NCBI GenBank assembly: GCA_037379345.1
Contig: CM074519.1
Coordinates: 27,058,103-27,122,102 of the forward strand
Origin: Perna viridis
Lineage: Eukaryota
Reading direction: 5' to 3'
Length of the DNA: 64,000 nucleotides
Positions 11,549 to 23,658 of this stretch are shown piece by piece. The number at the start of each line of letters is the position of its first letter. The first letter of the stretch is position 1. Both the position numbers and the translations under genes were made by a program. Below the pieces are notes generated by a model. The model made no database searches, was not told the origin of the DNA, and saw only the letters and a list, made by a program, of their open reading frames with translations.

Positions 11549-12632
11549 CGAAGAAAATATTTTCATAATGATGGAAGTTGAATCGACAACATATTTCTCA
11601 GTGTGGTGGACGCCTTTTTCAACAAACGTCGACATTTCTATGGGAACAGAATGCGATATCATAGCACGCTTAATCTTCCTGTTCCATTACAGTTGGTCAC
11701 CCTTGATAAAACAAAACGTACGAAAGAATTCTAGTAGACACTACGGGGTTTGCATTGTCAATTCCAAATAATAACAGGGAGGATTTAAATTCTAGTCTTT
11801 TAGTTTTGACTTGTTTTAAACTTTTAATTTTTTTCTTTTTGTATTTTGCTTATTTTTAAATATTACCTGCGCTTGTTGAAAATTTAACTTTGCCTTGAAT
11901 TCAAAGTAATAACATCTTCGTCTAAAGAGTATCCATCCAGCATCACTTTTGATAAATCCACCTTCAAGACACCAGTTAAAATTGACAAAGCATACATACT
12001 TACACAAGTTTCATATCAGATATGAACTCTTTTGGTATTTTTAAAATATTAATTGTATATTATTTTTATAATTATCAGTATTTTTTTACTTCGTTTTAAC
12101 ATACGACTAAAAAATTCTATACATGCTCGTTTATACAATTTAAAATCAAATGTAGGTTTGAAAGTACCCTGTTTACCTTCATCTCTTTTTTTTGCCTTTT
12201 ATGCCATCTCTGCCGGTCAGTCCCCTCGCCCCCTTTGGTCCCTGGTCTCCAACGTTTCATTTCGGACCCTGAAGTCTAGTTTGTCCTTCGACACCTTGAT
12301 TTCTAACATTGCCTTTTTCCCTGGATCACCCTCATCACCTTTATATCCAGTAAGTCCAATTATTTATCTACTTCCCGTGGACCCTTTGGCACCCGAATCA
12401 CCCCTAGGACCAGTATCCTACTTCAATCCTTTTAAACCGGGTAAACCAACAAAGCCTGGTTGTCCTCGTTCTCCTTTTATCCCTTGCAAGCCAGCATCTC
12501 TTGGATTACCCCGAGTACCGGGTTCTCCTTTTTGACCTTTCATATTTTTGTAACCTCCGTCCTTAAATTCCTTTTTTGTTTCTTCTTTGTTCATTTTACC
12601 AGGAACGTTAACATCCAAAGCTCATTTCCACC
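11549..12632 (-). pseudogene. Collectin-like pseudogene: collagen exon 12168-12632, C-type lectin exon ~11867-11973, possible second lectin exon 11549-11637
   Basis: About 40 Gly-X-Y triplets (GQKGEPGTRGNP..GLQGIKGERGQPGFVGLPGLKGLK*DTGPRGDSGAKGST...GDQGPKGARGLTGRDGIKG) with Gly-position stops and frameshifts. These are followed by KSDAGWILFRRRCYYFEFKAKLNFQQAQ|gt, typical of a long-form CTLD N-terminus (CxxGW..F...CY.F...A). The third exon (KCRRLL...MLSI...ENIF) is weak. Confidence 0.75.
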
Positions 12633-12634
12633 CT

Positions 12635-12752
12635 AAGATAAAACTGAATGTAAAACAATGTTACGATCACATTGAGACATTACAATAAATAAAATGTAAG
12701 ATAAAACTGAATGTAAAACAATGTTACGATCACATTGAGACATTAAAATAAA
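12635..12752. repeat. 63-bp period tandem duplication next to the collagen exon acceptor
   Basis: aagataaaactgaatgtaaaacaatgttacgatcacattgagacatta occurs at 12635 and 12698. Confidence 0.9.
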
Positions 12753-13215
12753 ATTTAAGATACATGTTTTGACATTTTTGTGTGTTTAATGTGTGCATGA
12801 AACGTTATCAATTGATAATTGATATTGTCATCAAATGTCAGTACGTATTTTCCAATTAAAGCGTTCATAACCTGTGGCTCTTACAGGAAATAGTGCTATG
12901 AAAACTATTCATACCGTTTTGGCAAATATTTTATTGAAAATAAACATATCTAAAGATGCATTCAAATTCAAAATTCGTTTTCGTTATTCCCAATAGCCAA
13001 TTTTTTTTTCAGATTTGTATCCTATAGCAGTAATCAAAATGTCGTTTATTTCCAGCGTATTGACATCATTTAGTTACTTACATTCCCCGAACCCCTTTTA
13101 CGGAAACATCATTGGAGAATACATTATATACCTCAACCACATTTAATAATTACATATGCGTAATTAGGAAGTTAAATAAAAGCGATTTAAAAAGATTTAA
13201 AAATTCACCACTTAA

Positions 13216-13482
13216 CAGACACTGTGAAGTCAGCCTAATATTTATACCTACAAATAGAAATCGATGGAAAAAGAATCGGTTGACCGAACTAAATGACAAA
13301 CGCGACGACTTTACATTCAATAATGTCAAATTTCCTTTCATCTGTGGCAAAATCCCTTCAGTACCTGCGTATGATGTGTATAACTCATACGTTATGCCAG
13401 AGCTTGCCGTAACTACGCAGACTTTTGTACCGCGCTAGACTTTTTACAATTATGCTTTTGTAACAGGGTTATGTTGCTACAA
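13216..13482 (+). mobile_element. Penelope-like retroelement RT C-terminal fragment
   Basis: LNDKRDDFTFNNVKFPFICGKIPSVPAY; homologous to 34823-35150 and 18730-19255. Confidence 0.75.
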
Positions 13483-14563
13483 AAAAAAATGGATTCAGTT
13501 ACTCGAATTGCATGAGTTTTACTACTTAAGATAGAAACAATGACAAATATTGATCCACTAACTGTGAACCCAAGGTTGGGACATGGTGTTATCATTTCTA
13601 GAGAAGTACAACTAACCGACAGAAACTGGGTTTTATGGGATATAAGAATATAAATTATGAATAAATAATAAGGAAGCTCAATTGTTCGCTTAATTTTGTT
13701 GAATCATATCAAAATATCCACATACATGAAAATTCCTAATTGCCTCTTCTTACTAATCAATTCAATGATTATATGAAAGGCTACACTTTGGTTTAATTGC
13801 ACATCATAGACAAGAAAGTCGTTGCAATGTATCCGATTTTGTAAGGTAAAGTAATAGTTTCAAATGACTTTATTAAATTGAAAATATAAAATATAAAATT
13901 TTATACGACAATCGATATGATACTGCCACGCAATAGAATAATTATGAATAGTAATAATGTCGATAAAAAGTGTTTAATTTTCATATGAGCCAAAGCAAAG
14001 ACATTTCCTCAACAATGAAAACCTTATCCTTGCTGCAGTTATCGGAATAGTTATTCAGCAGATGCGCTGCACTATGACGTCAAAACAACGTACTCTATTA
14101 CAGTCTTCACAATCTGGTGACTATCTTTATGACTGATATTTTTAAATAACTAAACTAATACATGGTTGCTTTGAAAATGAGTGAACCATTAAACCATGCA
14201 AGATTTATCATAAAATCTTAGTAGTGTAATTTTCTATAAATCATTTAAAATTTTCAATAAAACTTTTAAAATACTATGGGTTTAAGGCTATTTTCTTTGA
14301 TTGCATCGAAAAAAGAATTTGACAAGATTTCTTTTTGAGATCATTAGTAGGGACACGCGTGTGTTTTACTACAATTGAGATTCAAGGTTGTACATTACAA
14401 ATATGTTTTTTCTGATGTTGTCTGAATTCCTGTTGTTAAAAGCATTTGTTCAATTCACCTGATGAGGGCACCGTAAATGTTTAGTAACATTTATTTATTT
14501 TAATCACAATCTGCAAAAATAAACAAATTAAGTAGATGTCTTTAAAAGAATCATGCAAAATCT

Positions 14564-14735
14564 GAAAGAGTAATCAAGGGAACCAAGGTTATAGCGGTAA
14601 TCAAAAGAATGTAATCCAGGGACAAAGACCAGACATGGAAAACAGGCACACACAACAAAGAACACAAAGCAACTAAAATCATACATACAAAGTAACAAAA
14701 GTAAATGAGCAACTCGGACTCCACTAAAAACTGGT
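14564..14735 (-). mobile_element. Penelope-like family 3' terminal fragment
   Basis: gaaagagtaatcaagggaaccaag...aatgagcaactcggactccactaaaaactgg; matches the ends of the RT-bearing copies at 18433 and 34541. Confidence 0.75.
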
Positions 14736-17700
14736 GATACACCCCAAAAAGGCTACATATTTTTATTTTTGTAATTAAGTTGTTTTATGGGTCTATACTA
14801 TGAAATGTGTAATTATTCATTCAAGTCTGCCTGCTCTTAGAAGATAATTAACATTGAAAATCCAGTAGATTCTATTGTATTTCAGCGTCATTTACAGAGT
14901 TATCTCCCTTAATTTTAAAATCTACAGAGCATTCGGTATAATTTTTATCTCCTAAAAGAACATGTTATATGAAAAACCACATATTAATTTCTGTTTACTA
15001 TGACATTTCAAAAAAATATCAAAAATAAAAATATGTAGGCTTTTTACCCATGAATCACATTTTGCATGATCCTTAGATGGAGTGCTTCTTAAATGAAAAT
15101 GGTAGAATTTAATTCAAACGTTTTTGCAGGTATACTGCATATCAAATCAAAATTGTGTAATTTTGATTTTTATTTCATTTAATCTTTCTAGTACATCTTT
15201 GCTGCATTTACAATGACATTCTGGCTATGTGTAATAATAAACCTTTACCTTCTCATATCACTGTTATTGTATTTCTGCTTTTATACCCGACGCAAAGAAG
15301 TTGTGAGGTTATCATTTTGTTGACCCGTCTATGTATCCCTCTGTCCGTCCGTCTATCCGGGCGTCCGTCCCAACTTTTTGCTTTTTGAATAGCGCCTTCA
15401 TTTTTATCTATTTCATCAAAACTTTGATAAATGGTAAGTAGTACTAAAAATCTTGTATGGAACTAATTTTCACAGACTTTGATTACCAGGAGAAGCACTT
15501 GTAGTGCTTGTCGCTTTGATAGGACCTTCATTCAAGTTCTTTCCAACATTGGTGAATCTGGATTGATTTTCACAGGCAACTGGTAAAAAATACCATTTTT
15601 TATAACCGCCAAACAAAGTGTCGAGACATTATGAGATACCCTTCGAATAGTGGCGTGTCCGTCCCTGACGGTTTCCAGATGATAAATTTAGAAGACATAA
15701 AAGAATCTTTGCATAACTATTTAGTATAATAAATTACAGATCAAATACGACCCTCAGATTTTCCACATATTTTTACACAAATTTTACAACCATTGTAAGT
15801 TGTTTTAACTCCACCCACGATTCTCTGGATGAATTAAAGTTATCTTTAAGAAATGTAAAACTTAATTATTTCGGAAATGTGGAGCCGAGATCTAATTTTC
15901 ATTATTTGCCGCCATATTTTTTCATTCATTGTATCGATTAATTGGATTTATCCTTCTTGGAATATGGTTTTTTTTAGATAAATTTGAATGCTATAAAAGA
16001 TGAAAATATAATGAAAAGTCCTTTTACATACTCTATTTCCATTGGTGGTGGGCGGGGCTTATTAAAAAAAACCTATGATTTAGGCTGGCAGCCTGAATAG
16101 CGTCTCTATTTTTGACATATTTCCTTTAAATTATGGTGGAAAGTTAGTAAAACAAACTAGGTCGGGATTGTGATTATTTTATTTGCATAGATGGAATAAA
16201 GTTTTGCGAAAGAGTGCAAATGTGTGGGGATGGGGTATTGTGAGATAGTTTTCTGAGGTTCTTTAATTACCCACTTCAAACTAACATAGAATCATTGAAA
16301 GGACTATATCATACCACGTGTCTATCCATTAAAACATTTCTATACAGTAAGAAGATCGTGTCATGTCATAGTTGATTTACTGATAATATATTTGCTGATT
16401 GATAAAAGACTAAGCTTGAATTTGTTCACATTTAAGGAAATGCAAAATAATTTTAATTTTACGGCTTTAGTAGACTTAAAGGCTACAAATTAACATTTAT
16501 CAAAAACAATTTAAAAAAAAACTATTTTGGTTGGTAGTAATTTCAAAAATAAACCGTTGTTTACTGGGTATATTACTTGCATGGACGGCGGACACCTTAT
16601 GGAACATGGATCATGCAAAATACATCCATGTACCAAAACTGAGAATGCAATTTATAATTGTTTTTTTTACACACTGTACTTGTTTCATGATTATTTGTCC
16701 TGATGTATTTCTGAATTAATGTTTTTTCTTCCATTTTGTCAACTGCGTTGGACAACATTTAGACTTATTTAACTAATTATCTGTGTAAGTTGGACCTAGA
16801 GAAAAGCAGAATAGTATTAGATGTCATTAATATCCAAGAGTTATTGAATAATACATATCCAATACTGTTGATGGCTTTGACTTATGAAAATCAATTTTAT
16901 TTGGGAACACTTTTGCCAAATTATAACTTCTCGAATTTGTAGGTGTTGTGTTCTACGGAATGCAGCAACTTATATCATGTCGCTACTGAAGAAGGACCTC
17001 AACTCAAATCCTACATCCAAGTGTTTAGGTAGGGAATTACTACTTAAACGGTTAAACTTATGTTGATTGTAGCCTGGATAAACCGATAACCTGCCTAAAT
17101 AAAACACTTTTTAAGTCCCTTCATTTTAGTGTCAATGTATGTAGAATCTTGGTAACCAACCACGTGTCAAATCTGTGCAAACTCAACAGTCTTAAAAAAG
17201 TTTGGCTAGGTCATGTTTCGTAAATCCCTACTGAATTGGAAAAAAAATACCGAAACTTCAATCATTGGACAATTCAGATAAATTCATAGCCTATAAGTGA
17301 AAATAGAAACTACAAAAAAATGATCCAAGAAGACAACTATCACCGCAAAAAAGCAAATATGGACACTTTTTTGTCCTTGGTGAAAATTAACAGTTACCCC
17401 AAAAAGACAAGAGAAGACAATTTGTGGTCCTTGAAACTGTCACCACAAAAAGCAGAGATAAGACGCTTTGGTCTTTTATTAGACTGCCACCATCAAATGC
17501 AGGGATAGACACTTTTTGTCCCTTGATGAGAGATTTGAAGGACCCTTTAGTACTAGCAAAAACTGGCCATGAAAGTTGAACACAAATTGAAAGAAACTAT
17601 ACATCATTTGTACCCACTGTTTTGTACATATTTTTAGTTAGGTTACTCTTACTCCTACAAACCTTATAGTGGAGATAATGGGGAAAATACTTTGATATCA

Positions 17701-18432
17701 AACCAATATCCTGCAAATAGGCATATATTTCCTTTTTTCATAGCTTAAATACAACCAAGCTCATTTTTATACCCATTTCTATGGAAATAAGAATAGTATG
17801 CCGAGAAAACATCCATATTAGTTGAGTCTGTTTTTTGTAAAATCTGTAGTTCAAAGCAATATGATTCGACGTAAATAAGGAAAAATGTATTAGGTTCTGC
17901 AGAGCCTGATTGACATCAACCAGTCAGACTGTATGTCCAGTCTTTCAATTTTTTACACCATACTACTACAGGGAGTATCTTAGCTTCATTGTACAACTAA
18001 ATGATTGGTGATGGTAAAGTAGTTACCATTCTTGTTTATTTCATTCTAGTGGCTACGCTATCTACCATAAGGGTTTTTTTCTTCGCGTTTCGTGTGATAT
18101 ATTTTAACTTCATTTCAGATGGTAAACCGATCGACTGTGTCGACTTACCAAAGAGTTGTCCCAGTGGTGTCTATAAAATTTTCCTAAGATTTTCACGTGG
18201 TTTTAATGTTTACTCTGAAATGGAGAAGGATGGAGGCGGATGGACGGTAAGAACCATTTATTATCTTAGTAATTTTAGATGAAGGGTGTGTTTACATGTT
18301 TTCTCTACTTTTGTTTGTTTAATAGACAATACAGCTATTGTATATCACATTCTAAATGTTAAGCCTTTCATTCCATCTTTAATCTTGAATTTTGGTACAG
18401 TTTCTATTTTGTATGCTTCTTTACATTTGGTT

Positions 18433-19255
18433 GAAAGAGTAATCAAAGGGACCAAGATTATAGCGGAGATCAAAAGAATGTAATGGAGAGACAGAAAAAG
18501 AAAGACCAGACATGGAAAATAGACACACACAACAAAGAACATCAAATGACAAATATAATACAAACAAAATGACAAAAGTAAATGAGCAACTCGGACTCCA
18601 CTAAAAACTTGGAGCATGTACCAGGTGCACCGATAGGGTAAGCGTTCTCATAAACTTCATAAAAACACCCACCGAGTTGCTCACAAAAAGTCAAGTTCAT
18701 GGCAATCTAAATAGGAAAGGAAAACTGTGACACATTGAACAAATCAGCTCTCATGGTGCAGATGGCTACACCATAACGATCTGTGAGTTAATGATGATGA
18801 CCATAACACTTCTATAGTGATGACTTCATTCTTGTAGTAACATAACCCTGTTCTAGAAGCCTAATTGTTAGAAGTCTACCGCGATACAAAAAGTCTGCGT
18901 AGCTACGCCAAGCTCTGGCACATAAAAGTATGAGTTGTGATATGAAAACTCCATACACAGGTGCTGAAGGAATGTTGCCAAAAGGAAAGGAAAGTTGACA
19001 ATACGGAATTAAAAGTCATCGCGTTCGTCAGTTTTCCTAAACCTTTCATCACTAAGTGTAAATCAAGGTATGGGTCTGACTTCACAGTGTCTGTAGTGTA
19101 AATTACCTCAAGTGTTTTAGGGGTAGATGCGATGTATAAAATCACCGAAACTAAGGATTGTTAACGATAATACGTCATATATATAGCGGAAACTGAGATT
19201 TAAGGATATAGCTAAACGACAATTCTTCCTCTGGTTCAGATCAGCTATGAAGACA
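18433..19255 (-). mobile_element. 5'-truncated Penelope-like retroelement in intron 3 of gene B
   Basis: Minus strand reads SFRYIYDVLSL (degenerate RYIDD), TTDTVKSDPYLDLHL, followed by the shared 3' terminus. Confidence 0.8.
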
Positions 19256-21338
19256 ACAACCTTAAAAATGAATTAACTTTACATTAAACCTGCAATTTAG
19301 CTTTGCTGAACATTTTTTATGACAATGGAATCTGAAGGACACTTGAAAAAGTCAAAAACATTTTCAGCATAACATTGTACATTCTTTTTTCGTATATGAT
19401 ACAATTTAAAATCATGCATGGAGTGGCTGACTCTTCTAGCTTAAATACTTGGCTACACGGGATGTTTTAAAAAGGTGTCCATGCAAACACCTGCAGAAGG
19501 TGACACGTGGCATCTTTTTTTAAATTGTCACTCAATCCATATCACAAATGCATCCTTTCACAAAATTAAATTGATTTTTGTGATATGGATTGAGTAAAAG
19601 TTTTAAGAAAAAAAGTGTCATTTGCCACCCACTGCTTGGTTTTTTTAAATATCTGCCACTCTCAAGTACACAGTTAACACTTTATCTTGTTTTGTAATTA
19701 GTCGTCTTTAATCTTTAATTTCATTTTCCCCTATATAGATGACGTATTATCGCTAGCGTTAGTTTTAAAACAACATTTTGCATCAAAAGAGTTATCTCAT
19801 TTTTTCAACTGATTTCAGTGCTTTCTTTGGAATTTATTTCTCTTAAATGGTTGTAGTTATAAGCTTTATTAGGGAACAATAAAATCCTTTACTGATTCAT
19901 CCATCGTCGATTTAATAATATTTTTATAGTATTTGATATACATATGTTATACAAACATTACACTGGATAAAAAAAAACAGTTGGATTACATTTACCAGTG
20001 CCTGATTTTTACAATTAAAATGTTAAAGTACTACTAATTATAAAACAAATGGATGTAGTTAGCTGTGTAATTGAGAGGGGCAGATGTTTTAAAAACTTTG
20101 AAATGGCGAATGGTATATCGTCGAAATTCTACTGAAAGTGCAAAATCCATGATTAACCTTAAAGGCTATATTTAAAATTGATATACATTTTATACAGATA
20201 ATACAGAGACGAACAAATGGGTACACTGATTTTTACCGTGACTGGAATCCATACAAAAATGGTTTCGGTGATTTGGCTTGGTATGTTTTATATAATATTT
20301 TCAAAATCAGTACTAGACAATTCTTTGCAACAAACAAAACAAACAAGAAAAAGCAATCGTGACGACATACATCTAGTTTAGATAAATGTTACGTTAATCC
20401 CTGACATTGATTATATCTCTGCATTTATAAATGTATGTACAGGTGTATACACAGTAATAGAGGCGAAGGAATTCGATGGGAAATTCAAATACGCATCCAT
20501 TTGCGTTTCCCGTACATTTGGCTAGAAGATATTTATTCTGATTTATGTTACCAAGTACTTTGGAACACATTTTTATTCAACTTGATTAATAAAATGTATG
20601 GTTCTTAATTACTGACCTTATAAATATACTAAATTACATATGTAAAGAGATAATACTTTAAAAATGATTATACTCTAAAAGATATGTTTTTTTTTCTTTC
20701 ATTCAAGTCATTACATGTTTCTGTGATTTTATTAATTTCAGGGAACAAACATATCAACAAACTTACATCACGGGGCAGTTATGAACTCAGATTTGACTTA
20801 AGAGATTGGGATGACAATACAGCTTTTGCAAAAAACAAACATTTCGTGGTTGGACGTGAATCTTCAAACTTTGTTTTGAGCGTAAGAAGATACCATGGTT
20901 CGGCAGGTACATGAATGTATATATTGTGGACGTTTGGGTCAATGTTACTTATGTTGACCTAAAAATCCCTGTACGGTATTCACTGGCCCACAAGTAACAT
21001 TTGTTCCTATTTCGTTATTTTGCTCTGAGTACTTTATATATATATATATATATTTTTTTTTGGATTAGGATTTTTTTAGTTATTTTGTTTAAATACTTCT
21101 CTTAAGACTTTATTTATTGAAACACGTGTGCAACATATCTAAAATATCTATCTAAGATTAGTATTGTTCATACATATAATGGGCGTTTCTAAGCTTTCTT
21201 ACAATATTAAGTGTTACTCATACTTCCACACAAACTGAAATGTATGCTTGTTGATTACAAGTCTTGCTGACAACCCGTTTTCTGTCAAGATACTCATGAA
21301 TTAAAAATGGGTAACGCATCACAACAGGATCTGCTGAC

Positions 21339-22320
21339 TTTTTAGCTCACCTGGCCAAAGGACAGGTGAGCTATTGCCATCACTTGGCGTCCGTCGTCGT
21401 CGTTAACATTTATACAAAACTCTTCTCCTTTAAAACAACTTGACTAATTAGAACCAAACTTGGTATAAATGTTTTTGGGGTATCCTGCATAGAACTGATG
21501 TGGGGATTTTTGATTCGTTGAAAAACATGGCCGCCGTTACTAAAAATACAATAAAGGGGTCAGACAGCAGATTTTTGCATATATATCTCCAAAACCATTT
21601 GGTTTAGCGAAATTCTGGCTAGGTAAAAGTGTTTAGCATGATAAGATCTATCTCTGCTCAAATGTTGGTTGTAATCCGTTTAGCCATGTTTGCGTTGTTG
21701 CCCTTTTTCAACGATTATTGCTGTTTTTAATGTTATTTCTTTCTCCTGACACTACTTGACCAATTGAAACCTTATTTGGTATGAATGTTCCTTGGGGTAT
21801 CCTGCATAGAACTGATGTGATGATTTTAGATTCCTTGGAAAACATGGCAGTTGTTACTAAAAATAGAACAAAGGGGTCAGACAGCAGATTTTTGCATATA
21901 TCTCCACAACCGTTAAGTTCAGCCAAATTCTTTCAATAGCTGAAATGATCCTTATCATTAGGACTACAAAAGATAAAAGAGATAAAAGTTGTCAGATGAC
22001 TCCTTGTAAGAGTTATTACCTTGAAAGGGGTAAAACAACTTTTTCAAAGTTTTCAGTCAATATCTTGAAATCTATGACAGATGGCTAAATTGCCATACCC
22101 TACCCATCCCTCCGATTTTTTAGTGGCAATAAAATTTGTTCGACCCTATTATTCTTTTGTCCCATTCTTTTTTTTTCATTTCATCATCATTTCATGTTCA
22201 TTTTATCATCCTTTTCATGTTCATCGCCAGAATATACTGAAATATTGCTGCTCGGACGTTAAACACCAACAAACAAAATCAACCAGGTGAGCGATTCAGG
22301 TTCCTGGGAGCCTCTTGTTT
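21339..22320 (+). mobile_element. Non-autonomous Helentron/HINE-like element with internal tandem repeat and nested SINE 3' end
   Basis: Starts in a T-run with agctcacctggcc..caggtgagct, then (gtc)n, a duplicated internal block (~21440-21620 and ~21755-21930), and ends caggtgagcgattcagg..gagcctcttgttt. Confidence 0.7.
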
Positions 22321-23658
22321 TACAGAAACAATGATATTCTCTATATTAAACTAATGAAATAGAATGTATTCAATTAAATCAGAAATTATTGCAATGGTTT
22401 ATAATTGAAAAACAATGCGACTTTGATAACTAAAATCAAAATTATGAAATTGAGTCGTTCACATATACCAATAGAAGTTACAGGATCGGTTCACTAGATG
22501 TGCTTATCAGTTGTCTTTGGATTTGTTTAAACTAGCTTACAGAAAGAACGAGTACTCTTTCGTGGTAGGTGAAGACTATTGTCCTTTTTCCTAATTATCC
22601 TATTTGTTAAGGTGTTTGTTTTCTTCATTGATCGCAAGAGACTTTTATAGTCCGTTTATAGTCCAGTGGTTGTCATTGTTTCTTTATGTTAATTGTTAAT
22701 TGTTTTACGTTTTTTGCTCTTTAGATAAGGTCAATTTTTGCCTATTATGAATAGCTTGCTTGATGGTTTTGCCCATCATATAAAGCCGTGTTGTGACCTG
22801 TAGAAGTTTAATTGTTCCTTGCTTGGATTACTATTTCATTGACAATCATACCACATTTCCTATTTTTTATAAATAAATAGTCATAAATTATGAATATAAT
22901 GAAACAAGAAGGTTCCTATATAATCAAGATGTATAGTTTTCAAATTCAATTAAACTGTAGAATTCCAATTCTGATTTTTTTCATTACATTTACATTATTC
23001 CGTCTGTCTTAATATGATATATTTAAATATTATGATCACTAACGTAGATCGAAGCTTTAGTAACAAGATAGTCTTATAACGATTTTGATGTCAGTTGATC
23101 TAAAGGTAATACAACAATGTATTTTAACAGCCTTCTTTATTGTGTAGGTAATGGATTCGATTACAAGAATGGAATGGGTTTTACTACAAAAGACATAGAC
23201 AATGACAAGTCAAATGGTCAATGTGCACAAGACAGGGTCGGTGCATGGTGGTATAAAGCCTGTACAACCATCAATCTAAATGGGCAATATTTTGTGAAAA
23301 CACCGGATAAGGTTTACAGGGGTATATCATGGGCACCGTGGAAAACGTTTTCAGTTTCTTTGAAAGCAACAACTATGATGATACGTCGCGCATCAGATCT
23401 AACAAGCCTTTCACTACGTCCAACTGGAAACCTGAAAACTTTATTTCGAGTACACCAAAGAAGCTCTTGATATCTAAACAATGATGATTTTATATTTTAT
23501 TAAAGTTCCATTTACACTGCAAAAGTATATTTTCATAAAATATCATTCCTTTTGGTTGCTCGATTTTCTCAAATACAATATAATGATATAGATTTAACAA
23601 TGTTCATTGCAAAATCAATACGGTAAACCAAAGCATTGTTTCCAAAACCAAATCAAAA

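Larger units (their letters stand above)
14015..23470 (+). pseudogene. FReD (fibrinogen C-terminal domain lectin) gene B; exons 14015-14116, 16943-17028, 18119-18246, 20198-20280, 20742-20906, 23148-23470
   Basis: Motifs DC..LP..CPSGVY, MEKDGGGWT|IIQRR, DFYRDW..YKNGFGD, GNKHI, YELRFDL, FTTKDIDND, GAWWY..C..INLNGQY, TMMIRR. Lesions: -1 in exon 1, -1 in exon 2, 14-nt deletion in exon 4, conserved VYC changed to VYS, and a C-terminus running past the stop used by paralogs. Confidence 0.9.

Noticed and set aside
12053-12535. 160-aa plus-strand Pro-rich ORF
   Set aside because: Antisense shadow of the minus-strand collagen exon.
11448-12632. True ficolin (collagen spliced to FReD)
   Set aside because: The collagen exon is on the opposite strand to all FReD exons.
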